A stretch of DNA of 64,000 nucleotides, taken from the NCBI GenBank assembly GCA_964247055.1, contig OZ176050.1, positions 13,268,001 to 13,332,000 of the forward strand, written 5' to 3'. The number at the start of each line of letters is the position of its first letter. The first letter of the stretch is position 1. The notes under the pieces were generated by a model. It was given only the letters and a program-made list of their open reading frames with translations. It was not told the origin of the DNA and did not search any database. This document shows, one piece after another, positions 28,001 through 38,400 of the stretch. A program made the position numbers and the translations under genes. This DNA is from Paragordius varius (Eukaryota > Animalia > Nematomorpha).

Positions 28001-29248
28001 GCAAAGAATTACAACAATTATTGGTAGTTGAAAATGGGTTGTTACTTTTGTTATTGTCAAATACACTTTTTAACAATGACACAGTTTTTGTGTAATTTAA
28101 TCTGTTATTCTCGCTAGGTATAAGAGATGTGGATGTTGGTACAAAAACCAGGGCATTCAATAAGGTATCATCCTTTTTCTTTATGCAATCTTCAATGATT
28201 TTTATGTACTGCAAAGCAATTTGCTATATTACAAAAGAATATAGACAAAGTTTTTATATAATGAAACCAATAAAACTCTTTAGATTTTATATGAGATTAT
28301 TGATTTTGGGCCTTTATGAAAAAAATATATATTAAAATTGTCATTTTTTATAATGAAAAAAGAGGATCAAACCTTCTCCAATTCTTGTTGTGAGTTTTTT
28401 GATGTATCTGACTTAAATGGAAAATTATTGATTGCACAATTAGCCGTTTCCTTTGGTACAGTAAGAGTCCCTTTAGCTAACAAAAATTAATATATTTACA
28501 TTAATAAAATTACGTTTAAGCTAAATATTTTGTATTATATAAAAATTTTATTTTATCTTTTCGTATAAAAATTAATTTTAAATTAATTACCTGTAGTGTC
28601 AGATTTTTCGCTGATGTTTTTTGCAGACGAAATATTTTGGAGTTTATCTCGACGAGTATTTTGTTGAATACGCTTGACGTAATTATGGTCATTTTTCCAT
28701 GATTGCATCTCATCTTTTTTTGGATTAAAACTTAAGATATTTTTCTTGGCATGGACGATGGTAATACTTTTATTGACATAAATATCTTTATGCCTGAATC
28801 GTTGAGACCGATATGAATGTTTAACATATTTTCTTTTTATACTCTTTATCAATTCTTTCATAACCTATAAAGTTATATAAATAATACTTTTGGAGTGATT
28901 TTAACATTATTATCAGAGCTTAAAGAAGTAAAATGTAGAAACGACATTGGATTGTCTTCCTTTTGAGGAGTATTTGCGGACAAATTTCTCAGATAATCAT
29001 TGGCAATACCTAATTTCTTTTCAGGAATTCCAAATACATGTTTAAGTAGGTAATTGCGAAACTTTTCACTATTGATATCAAGCTTCTTATAATTTGATAA
29101 CTGAGAAATGGACTTTATTTTCTTATATAATAAATTATTTTTACCAATTCCTTTTCTAATCGATTTGTAGCAAGGTCAGCTAAAATTTCTAAATAATTAT
29201 TTTCATCTAAAATTAAAATTTCGCTTTACTTCCAATTTTTTTAGCCAT
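22154..29248 (-). CDS. C2H2 zinc-finger protein (~625 aa; four C-terminal fingers), 9 exons
   Basis: Exons 29248-29230, 29206-29145, 29121-28888, 28864-28591, 28476-28373, 28223-27569, 24841-24674, 22893-22789, 22410-22154 join in frame (1878 nt). Fingers CALCPHKAYTASASLLSHYRSHAG/IKPYACNECGNRFTRRHSLEYHALCH/PFTCPTCQRGFRHRSHFKEHLRKHTG/ETPYTCIQCGHAFKTRNTYKRHLRARH. N-terminal exons and the last acceptor are inferred from phase and splice sites, not homology. Confidence 0.8.
23123..23385. repeat. ~55-bp inverted repeat pair with ~160-bp spacer (probable MITE remnant)
   Basis: tataccatttacaattcgaattcaaccctgaacaatttaaattcaccct at ~23123 is reverse-complemented at ~23333-23385; a related stretch lies at ~27510-27560. 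Confidence 0.55.
23799..24077. mobile_element. MITE family B copy
   Basis: Same inverted arms as 15780-16053, ends ...tttttactg|TA. Confidence 0.65.
24317..24343. repeat. (TA)n microsatellite
   Basis: Direct reading. Confidence 0.9.
24995..25041. repeat. (AT)n microsatellite, ~23 units
   Basis: Direct reading. Confidence 0.95.
25474..27328 (+). mobile_element. PIF/Harbinger DNA transposon with both ends (1855 bp), inside ZNF2 intron 6
   Basis: Perfect 17-bp TIRs GGGCCTGCTGAATAAAA (25474) and TTTTATTCAGCAGGCCC (ends 27328), a 3-bp flanking duplication TAT, and an internal transposase relic. Confidence 0.9.
26217..27018 (+). pseudogene. Frameshifted Harbinger (HARBI1-like, DDE_Tnp_4) transposase
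   Basis: IGCIDCSH, YINRKG..NVQ, then after a frameshift WPGSVHDSRIW, GDNGYPLSPWLLTPF, IIER.F; another frameshift near 26765. Confidence 0.88.
28865..28887 (-). other. 23-nt GT-AG micro-intron (ZNF2 intron 3)
   Basis: gtattatttatataactttatag; read-through hits TAA, and splicing joins a 78-codon open exon to VMKELIK. Confidence 0.8.
29122..29144 (-). other. 23-nt GT-AG micro-intron (ZNF2 intron 2)
   Basis: gtaaaaataatttattatataag reconciles two otherwise out-of-frame open segments. Confidence 0.75.
29207..29229 (-). other. 23-nt GT-AG micro-intron (ZNF2 intron 1)
   Basis: gtaaagcgaaattttaattttag links MAKKIG to NENNYLEILADLAT in phase 1. Confidence 0.7.
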
Positions 29249-29789
29249 AAATATATTTAAAATACAACTTCAGAATATAAAAAAATTCGGCTGCTAAATT
29301 GTCTGCAATTCATACCTGTTGGTAAACATATTCAATTTCATAAATAGCAGTATTTGCACAGCGTACAACGGGGCATAGAAATATGCATCCTGATAATATA
29401 TAATATAAAATTCATCAGAACCATGATGTATTAGGTGTGGCTAAGTACACATTGATACTTTTCGGACTTTTATGTAATTGCACCAGCTCAAAATGTCGCA
29501 AAATTAATACTTTTATATGAATATTTTGGTTAAAAAAGACTTAACAAACTTTATGAAATTTTTAACACATTATTTGTATCAATAGAAGAAATGAAGTAAA
29601 ACAGAATGCTATTTTTAAATAATCTCAGATAACAAATATACCGATAATACACCAAATAGCTATTGACTAATAGCAGAATATTTCTATTTTTATATGCTCT
29701 CTTGCAATATTTACACTTGAAAACACATTTTGAGTCCTTCGATTTAAATTGTGTTTGTTAGATTCCCCAGGTCTGTGTAAAATTATATG

Positions 29790-30260
29790 CTTTATGGAAG
29801 GAAATGAAACCATGGCAAAATTTTGCACCTATATAACATAATACACCAAAATATAAAAACATTTTAAAATACTTGTTACTTATTTTAACACTTAAATACA
29901 ACACATCCGTCCTTCGATTAAAATTGGGATGGTTGGATAGCCCAGGCCTATTAAACATTAAATAATTTAAAAAATATGGAAAAAACATGGCAAAATTTTG
30001 TACTTATTTAACATTAATAAACCTATGTAAAAAATTTCATTCCAAAATACTTAATATTTGTTTTAACACTTGGATACAACACTTTCAATTCATTGTTTAA
30101 TTGAGGTAGTTAGATACCCCGGGCTTGTTAAAAATTAAATATTTCAAAAATATGAAAATAAAATCATGGCAAAAATTGGCATTTGTATACCAGTAATAAC
30201 CCAAAATATAACAAAAAATTAATTCAAAATGCTTGATATTACTATTCAAAGCTACCCAAA
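29790..30260. repeat. ~178-bp imperfect tandem repeat (about 2.5 units)
   Basis: aacactt..atacaacac unit starts at 29887 and 30065; each unit carries ttgg/gataccc..ggc and catggcaaaatt. The same module lines the palindrome arms. Confidence 0.75.
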
Positions 30261-30329
30261 GGTAAAAATTTAGCCAATAAAATTCTGTGCAGAAGCCAAA
30301 TATAAAAATAATGCAAAATCACTTTTCCT

Positions 30330-30930
30330 GTTTATCACGTTTAACACTTTAATTCAAATTGGGGTATCTAAATACCCCAGACTAAATTTGAGTTAGGATT
30401 TTTGAAAAACTACTGAAGGAAACGGTCCCAATTTAAATTTATGCTTCCTAATAAATATTATATAAATATTTTAAAATATCTAAATGAAATTTCGTTTTGA
30501 AAAAAAAGTTCCATGTCAAACTACTTTGACGTCATTTTTATTTTACAAAATTTTTACAAAATATCGTCTTCATTTAATTTTAAGGGGAAAATTTAAGCTG
30601 ATTTTGTATTTAAATTACAACTTACATTGATAGAAATAGAAAAAGCGGTTTATTTTGTATTATTTTTTACTTTTACCATGGCACACTGTCAGGTTGACTA
30701 AATTTTTACCTTTCGGTTTCAGCTTAAATAAGTAATATCAAGTATTTTTAAATAAAATTTTTTATATATTTCGGTTTATTAATGTTATATAAGTGCAAGA
30801 TTTTGCCATGGTTTCGATTCCTTCCATATTTTTTAAAAAATTTAATTTTAAACAGGCCTGGGGTATTTAACTACCTCAATTTGAATCGAAGGACTAAAAT
30901 GAATGTGTTGTATCCAAGTGTTAAATGTGA
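30330..30930. repeat. Element A arm (direct copy of 31271-31860)
   Basis: tttaacactt..ttcaaattggggtatctaaataccccagactaaattt ... gtatccaagtgttaa; further copies at ~38595-39145 and ~51630-52095. Confidence 0.8.
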
Positions 30931-31270
30931 TTTCAACATAGGAGAACTTAATTTTAGGCTGCGAATTAAATAAACAGATATTTTGCAAAAATGTTGTAAA
31001 ATTAAAATTGATACGGAAATTTTTTTCCATAACTTTATTTTATTTAGCTATTTTGGATTATATATATAATTTTTCATTAGGATAGAACATAAATTTAAAT
31101 TGGAACCGTTTCTGTCGGTAGTTTTGTAAAAATATCAACTTATATTATATGACACTGTTAAGGTAAGAAATGTAAAAATTAAGTTAACCTGACATGTGTA
31201 CATTAGCTAAATTTAAATATAAAATACAAAAACCACTTTTTCTATTTTCAATGTGAGATGTGAAATTAGC

Positions 31271-32450
31271 TTTAACACTTCGATTCAAATTGGGGTATCT
31301 AAATACCCCAGACTAAATTTAAATTAAAATTTTTAAAAAATTATTGAAGGAAACGGTCCCAATTTAAATTTATGCTTCTATCCTGATAAATATTATATAA
31401 ATATGCCAAAGTATCTTGATAAAATTTTGTTTTGAAAAAAAAGTTCCATCTCAAACTACTTCGACGCCATTTTTATTTTACAAAATTTTTGCAAAATATC
31501 GTCTTCATTTAATTTCAAGGGTAAAACTAAAGCTATATATTTATATAAATTACATCTAACATTGATAGAAATAGAAAAAGCGGTTTATTTTGTATTATTT
31601 TTTAATATTTAAATTTGACACATGTCATGCTGACGAAATTTTTTTCCTTTCGGTTTTAGCTAAAAATAAGTAATATCAAGTATTTTTAAATAAATTTTTT
31701 TATATATTTCGGTTTATTAATGTTATATAAGTGCAAAATTTTGCCGTGGTTTCGATTCCTTCCATACTTTTTAAAGTATTTGATTTTAAACAGGCCTGGG
31801 GTATCCAACTACCCCAATTTGAATCGAAGGACTAAAATGAGTGTGTTGTATCCAAGTGTTAATTTTAGCTTTAAAATTAACACTTGGATACAACACACTC
31901 ATTTTAGTCCTTCGATTCAAATTGGGGTAGTTGGATACCCCAGGCCTGTTTAAAATCAAATACTTTAAAAAGTATGAAAGGAATCGAATCTATGGCAAAA
32001 TATTGCACTTATATAACATTAATAAACCTAAATATATAAAAAAATTTATTAAAAAATATTTGATATTAAATATTTTAAGCCAAAACCGAAAGGTAAAAAT
32101 TTCGTCAACGTGACATGTGTCAAATGGTAAAATTAAAAAATAATACAAAATAAACAGCTTTTTCCATTTCTATCAATGTTGGATGTAATTTATAATAAAA
32201 TTTAGCTTTAGTTCTACCCTTAAAATTAAATGAAGACGATATTTTGCAAAAATTTTGTAAAATAAAAATGGCGTCGAAGTAGTTTGAGATGGAACTTTTT
32301 TTTCAAAACAAAATTTTATCAAAATATTTTGGCATATTTATATAATTTTCATCAGGATAGAAGCATAAATTTAAATTGAGACCGTTTCCTTCAGTAGTTT
32401 TTTAATAGTCTGGGGTATTTAGATACCCCAATTTGAATCGAAGTGTTAAA
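31271..32450. repeat. 1.18-kb foldback palindrome (element A head-to-head)
   Basis: Arms 31763-31867 and 31872-31976 are perfect reverse complements (105 bp) around a 4-nt loop GCTT. The outer 45 bp (31271.. / ..32450) are also perfect; the region between is imperfect. Confidence 0.92.
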
Positions 32451-34942
32451 TAAACCCGATATTTTGCAAAAATGGAGTAGAATAAAAATGGCGTCGAAGT
32501 AGTTTAATGTGAAACTCTCTTTTCGAAATCAAATTTTATCTTAGGATTATGTGTATAATCTTAATCAGGATAGAAGAGTAGTTTTTTTAAAATATCAAGT
32601 TAATTATAATCTGGGGTATTTAAAACATTTAAATCGAAGTGTTAAATCGCTATTACAACAGACAAATAAATGTATCTTATTGTTAATAATGTCAATAATT
32701 ATTAAAAAGCACTCATATTTTACGGACAAAATTTGATATAATTTGAGTTTAATATCAGCTGTTTATTTCAATCTCGTTTTGAATGCTGTCCCTATTAAAA
32801 CTCTAATAGTCTCCAAACTTTAAATATGGTTTTAATTGTAAATAAACTACATTTTTAAATGTTGGTTTAGTTAAATTTCAATTATCAAACATTGTTCTCA
32901 TATAGCTGTGGAATATAAAACTATCCTAAAAGATTAACTAGGGAAAAGTGAAAAGGTATATGTCATGCAGGCTAGATTTTTACTTTCGGGTTTGTCCATA
33001 AGGTGATATCAAGTTTTTTTAAATGGTCTTTTTTTATACTTCTATGCATCAATGTTATATTAGTGCAAACTTTTGCAATGGTTTTAATTTGTTCCATATT
33101 TTAAGAAATATTTGATTATAAAAAGGCCAGGGGTTCCCATAGACCCCAATTTGAATTGAGGACTAATATAAAAGTGTTGTACCAAATGTTAAGATAACCT
33201 GTTCATGTTAGACGGGTCCAAAAATATGATAAGACTTCGGAACCCACATTTAAAATTTAAAATTTTACAAAGAAATTGTTTTGTTTAAATAGGGTATGAT
33301 TTTAGTGGATACTTTTAGGTGGAGCATTTGCCTTCGGCATAAAACATATATTTAGCAAAATCTGTGCACCATTTTCTGATATGGACCAATTACCATATCT
33401 ATATTTTCTCATTTCCCTCGTAATTAAAACCAAAAGCACTATGAGAATCCTGATATTTTCATTTATCAGAATATTCCAAAAATATCATTAATTATATCAT
33501 TATCTTAAATATTATCAAATACAGTAATTTAATACAATGATATAGGAATGAATATCTACTCAAAATTTTGTAATTATCATCTTTTCTGCCGGAGAAGTGG
33601 AATAAATACCTTCTTGTGTAAAAACAGCCAAATTTTGAGGAAAAAACCGTTTAAAAGGAAATTATGTCTTTTCATAACGAATTAAATAAAACAAGTCTTT
33701 TAAATATTATAGTGTCTATTCTAACCTATTTATTTCTGGTATAATAATACTGCTAATGTAGTTTACATACACGAAATTCTAAAACTGATTTCTGGTGTTT
33801 TATAATTTGAATATAATACAATTCATATAAATCAAAGGTTATTGTCAAAAACTCCACCTTTTAAAAGACAAATGGTATTTTTTTACATTTTCTCTTTAAT
33901 GGACTTTGAGGTGTCATATTTAAACGTAGACTGAAATGATTATATTTTCTATATATAAAATTTTTTATACGCTTAATAACAAATAAAATCGAGATAACTG
34001 TTTCATTAGGCAAATAATTTTTTCTTTCCATCTAATAATTTAGCTGAAAAGATTTTCTAGATTCGGGCAATTATGAAAAATACTGGAAATTTTTTTTGCT
34101 TTTATGTAATATATTCCAATAATTATTTTGAATATAGACTCAGCGTTGGAGGATGTTTTACCTTAATATTGCACATTCTATAACTAAGGGTAAAACTCCA
34201 GGAAATTAATATAAACTATTTATATATCCTAGAAGAAAAACTCAAAACTAATAAAATTATCATAACTTTCTAAAATGGAGCAAAAAATTTTTAAAGAGTT
34301 AATTTCTTGAGGAAAAGCAAAGTTAATACAGTAAGCTAAACACATGGATTAATTAAGACTCAACTGTTCTGATAAAAAATTATTTTAAGCTTAGTTTAAT
34401 AAGCATGTCTCTTAATTTTTGATTTAATTTTTTTGTTTTTTAAAAATTCGTTTAGATATAAAATTTCAATTTAAATAGGCTTTTGCTTCAACATTTTTTT
34501 ATTTTAATTAATTTAATAATTATCAATAAAAACCTCCAAGATTAAGTGATTAAATATTTTTTAGAATAGTTTTAATTAATTAACATTAAGTATTAACTTT
34601 GAATGGTTGAAGCAGGGTTGAATTCGATTAAAAAGTATGTTATATATATTGCCTGGATATTACCTCAAAATGGTATGTTTTTTTTACGAAAACCCTATTC
34701 AGACAAGTAACGCTTAATTTAGGGAATAGAAAAACTCTCTATCCCCCTCTGTACATTCATAATATTATTGATAAATGATCGAATAGGTTTCCCAATGAGC
34801 TGTATAGTGTTTTAAGTTTTTTTTTTCAAAATATTTTTATTTTACATATGGCACTTAACTGAAAAAGGGGCTAATGAAAAAAGAAACCACCAACACTGAT
34901 GTGAACAAGGCAACAAAATTTTTATAAGAAAAAAAAACAGAT

Positions 34943-35917
34943 TTATTGTCCATGTAAATTAAGGTAAATAAGGGTAAGCCAATTCATGATTAAAACTAGT
35001 ATCTCCATTTCTAACATCCAATGCACAATAACATAAAATAAATGATAAATTACATAATGGTAATCCATATGACAAATCATATAACTCAATAAAACTCCAT
35101 AAATTTGGATCGAAGAATTTGATCCCACAGCCATACAGTTATAATAATATGGTTGTATAAATTTTGACACTCGACTTTCATGCTTGAAAAAATGTCGGAG
35201 TTTTTGCACATAGCAAAACGCAAATAGCGCAACAAATACCAAGTAAGTATAGAAAGCGTATCTTTGCAAACCTGACAACATTAAAGAAGCAATCCAAAAA
35301 ACGCTTATACGCCCGCTATCTCTGGCGGGCTCAGTTGATTTATCTTCCACGAAAAATATATATGGGGCCGAAACCAGGATGGTGAAAAAAATGGCTAAAA
35401 CAAACATATATTTTGACGTAGAATTCAATCTATACATGCATGGAGACCTGATGCGCAAAATATCATCGATTACAAGGATGTTTGGAAGCACCCATTGATT
35501 CATATAGGCGACTAGACTGGCAAATGTCCAATATGAGCTGAAACCCTTCTTTAAGATCATCAACGTCGAGGGAAACGATTCAAACACAATGATCGCATAG
35601 ATAATTGTGTAGCAAACAAGTAACAAATGTAATATTCTATACCTTGTATGGTATAAAAAACGTTCATTTTTATCATCTCCCTCATCATAGTAGCACGATT
35701 CTGATGTTGTGTTTTTATAACTGGTATAATCGTTATTGTAGGGAAGGCCATATGATGAAAGAATATTTTTGGATTTTCTCACTTGAGAATCGGATGAATG
35801 TATTAGGAATATTTTGACAAAATTACTGGCAATACGTTTCACGGGTTCCGATACAAAGAATATGATGTTTGCAAAAAATGTAATATGGTACAAAAATCTA
35901 GTTAAATTATAATCCAT
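34943..35917 (-). CDS. Intronless 324-aa multi-pass membrane protein, copy 1; putative highly divergent rhodopsin-class GPCR
   Basis: About seven hydrophobic segments. VIDDILRIRSPCMYR has the exact spacing of the class A TM3/ICL2 motif (IDRYxAIxxPxxYR), and the following helix ends in ILVSAPYIF like a TM4. ORF confidence is high; the family call is an inference. Confidence 0.8.
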   Translation of the reverse strand: MDYNLTRFLYHITFFANIIFFVSEPVKRIASNFVKIFLIHSSDSQVRKSKNILSSYGLPYNNDYTSYKNTTSESCYYDEGDDKNERFLYHTRYRILHLLLVCYTIIYAIIVFESFPSTLMILKKGFSSYWTFASLVAYMNQWVLPNILVIDDILRIRSPCMYRLNSTSKYMFVLAIFFTILVSAPYIFFVEDKSTEPARDSGRISVFWIASLMLSGLQRYAFYTYLVFVALFAFCYVQKLRHFFKHESRVSKFIQPYYYNCMAVGSNSSIQIYGVLLSYMICHMDYHYVIYHLFYVIVHWMLEMEILVLIMNWLTLIYLNLHGQ

Positions 35918-36532
35918 AATTGTACTATTCCTTATAGTAGTTAGTTTATAAGAATAATTATCAGTTTATGAAAAATTTTAGAAGAAAGCGTATCACATAG
36001 CATTGTCATCAAAAATTAAATCAATGTTGTTCTTTTTATAAAGTCATCAATAATTAATAATTTTCGTTTATTTTACGAATTTATTGTCAAGTCGCCATTC
36101 CAACATATACACTTTTGTAATTCGTAGCACCCATATAAATCTTATATATAAATATATATATTCAAAGAGGAAAGCTCTATTATTAATAATTCATAGATGT
36201 CTATGGATTCCTTCAATTTAACATTTTCATTACATTAAGTATATTTATAAATATTAAAAATGGAAAGTTATTTCGTTAAATATTTATATGTTAGATGTCG
36301 CATGCAATTTATCCCTTCAACTTGCATTTTTTATATAAATATGCTTGTGACCACGCCACAAGAAATCTCTCTAATTTTAAATTATGGATGTTTTTAAACA
36401 AATTAATTTTTTAAAAAAGTCAGATGGGCTTTCAGGCTTCAATTAAGCCAAAAAATCTCGAGGAATCAAAACTTAAAGACCCAAAACCAGATAATAAAAT
36501 TTACCAACTGTAAATCAATACTCCGAAATCCT

Positions 36533-37630
36533 TAGATTTATACTTCATAGGTTTTACCGGTCTTTTAGTAAAAAATGTAAGTTTTAAAAATTTATTATGT
36601 ATATTATTTAATAAATTGTCCATCCGTTCCAAACATTTTGCCCGTTTCTCAGGTAGTATATGAATGTCGTGCCAAATTTATTTTCTTATGCAAAAATCCA
36701 TTCTTTCAGATAATATCTTACGTCTTTGGAATTATCAAAGTGTTGCTGTATGGTGCCCTACTGATGCAAAATTGTATTAATCAGATGGCTCCAGAGGAGG
36801 AGAGCTCAGCGAATACTGAAATTTTTTATCAATGCGATCTTAAGGTGTCTTTCACCGGTTTTGCTGTGTGAGATGAAGCAGTTTCATATAGCAAAATGAC
36901 TTTGCCCGGTTGTTTTTCGATCAATACATGGTTTTAATTACGCATTTGTTAGCGATTTGTATTACCAATTTCACGGGGCCTCAGCCGCTTGAGTCTCGCC
37001 AGACACAGTGCATGATTTCTTGCCGATTTGACATTGGTGTTGATTGACACACTTGGCAAGGTAATAGTCACGATTTGTCCGCTTTAGTTAACAATCACCC
37101 GTCCCAATTTGGTGCAAAAAGGATATCTTTTCGTGACTTTGAACTATTTTCGATTTGATGTTCATTCAAATGGTGTAGGTACCGAGTTTATTGGTCTTCC
37201 CCATTACTCGTAAACATCTAATAATTGTTTTTTTGTAGCACATGTAATGCTCCTGCCAATTACCATTAAGTTGTTGGGTCATCATTTAATTACCTTTGCA
37301 TTTGATCGGCTTCGTAGTTGTGCGGTCTACCTAAGCGCCCACATTCTTTGGCAAGACATCTAACTTTTGAGATTTTTAACCATGTTTCACATCTGTTAAT
37401 CAAAATATGTTTACCACAGGTTTCTGCCAGCAAACGATAACTTACAGCTGCTTTTTCTTCTAATGGCAATGCGTGCTGCAATTTCTTTTTCCTAGCGTAA
37501 TTGACATAATCACTGAATGATAAAAGTAAAGATACTAGTTAATGATGAACTCAAATTGCAAGTGTGTAAATTAATCGTCTGTGTACTGCTAACGTCTTCT
37601 CTTAGTTAAACCAGTACCTACATATGAATA
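36533..37630 (-). mobile_element. Degenerate mariner copy in unit 1
   Basis: KAAVSYRLLAETCG..RCETW (Mos1-like N-terminal HTH) and C-terminal HILPEKRAKC; many frameshifts. End coordinates are approximate. Confidence 0.82.
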
Positions 37631-37794
37631 GGTAAAAAGCATTGAATCGGTTATATTTTACAAAAATTGAGCCGGATATAAATTATAACGTTTATTAAAC
37701 GGTTATTTTTGAATAGTTAAATTTTTTTAATTAGATTTAGTATTCTATTTCAGATTCGACACAGTATTTTTATTATACCACCTTAAGTTTTAAA

Positions 37795-38400
37795 GATGAA
37801 GAGAAAAGAATAAAAGCTTTTGAAATGTTCTGATGGAAGAAAATACATGGTATAACATGGAAAAACAAAGGGAAAAACATCGATGTTGCAAACAAAATCA
37901 ACACACAAACAACTGTTAAATTTGTTTATTTTGGACATATGATTTGAGGTTATTCTTTGGAAAAGGATATAATGTTAGGAAAACTAAATGGCAAGAGAAT
38001 ATGCTGAAGATGCATTGGTTGAATGTTTCAAATTTTATCACTTTCTAAAAATCCCTGCAAAAACTATCTCTAAAAGCCCATGTTAGAAGCGTACCTTGCA
38101 TTTCTGGCGCCCAGTGCTTGAATCTGCGATGGCGCCCCATCCCCTCCATGCAACCCCTTGCATTTTAAAAATAATCAAATTCAAACCATACTCATAAATG
38201 GGTGATTTTTAATGTATTATTTAAAATAGTAACATTTAAATATTTATTTGGTTATAATCTGGCGCGCCTTCAACTAAGGAGCCTAGTGAATTAAACCCCT
38301 TCCTCCCATTTGTTACGCCACTGCATGATAGAACCGACTGGAGGAAGTTTTGTAAGAAAGCGATAAAGGTATATAATGAAAATCCAACGAAACAAGTTTT
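37795..38400 (+). mobile_element. RTE LINE 3' relic interrupted by a MITE
   Basis: EKRIKAFEMF*WKKI..FVYFGHMI*GYSLEKDIMLGKLNGKR, resuming after 38323 as DRTDWRKF. Confidence 0.75.
38087..38323. mobile_element. hAT-type MITE family C (CAGTGGCGTA ends, GGCGCC motifs)
   Basis: Right end gttacgccactg; flanked by catgttag / catgatag (near 8-bp duplication). The empty site with a single catgatag is at 54093-54100 on the minus strand. Confidence 0.65.

Noticed and set aside
29790-30260. Tandem repeats as a CRISPR array
   Set aside because: Units are ~178 bp, diverged along their whole length, with no unique spacers and no cas genes; the context is eukaryotic.
30782-32113. Short ORFs MLYKCKILPWFRFLPYF.. 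(30782, 31720) and related ORFs at 38739 and 51760
   Set aside because: Chance frames inside the repeated element A; lengths and stops vary between copies.
35560-35817. 63-aa alternate-frame and 70-aa antisense ORFs repeated in all four 7TM copies
   Set aside because: Their conservation follows from the very recent duplication of the main ORF; there is no independent evidence of coding.
34943-35917. Insect gustatory/odorant receptor identity for the 324-aa protein
   Set aside because: No C-terminal TYxxxxxQF-type motif is present, and the internal motif spacing fits class A TM3/ICL2 better.
36638-36871. Recurrent ORF MPVSQVVYECRAKFIFLC.. (also 43147, 55307, 61112) and 16492-16797
   Set aside because: These lie antisense to the mariner transposase relics.
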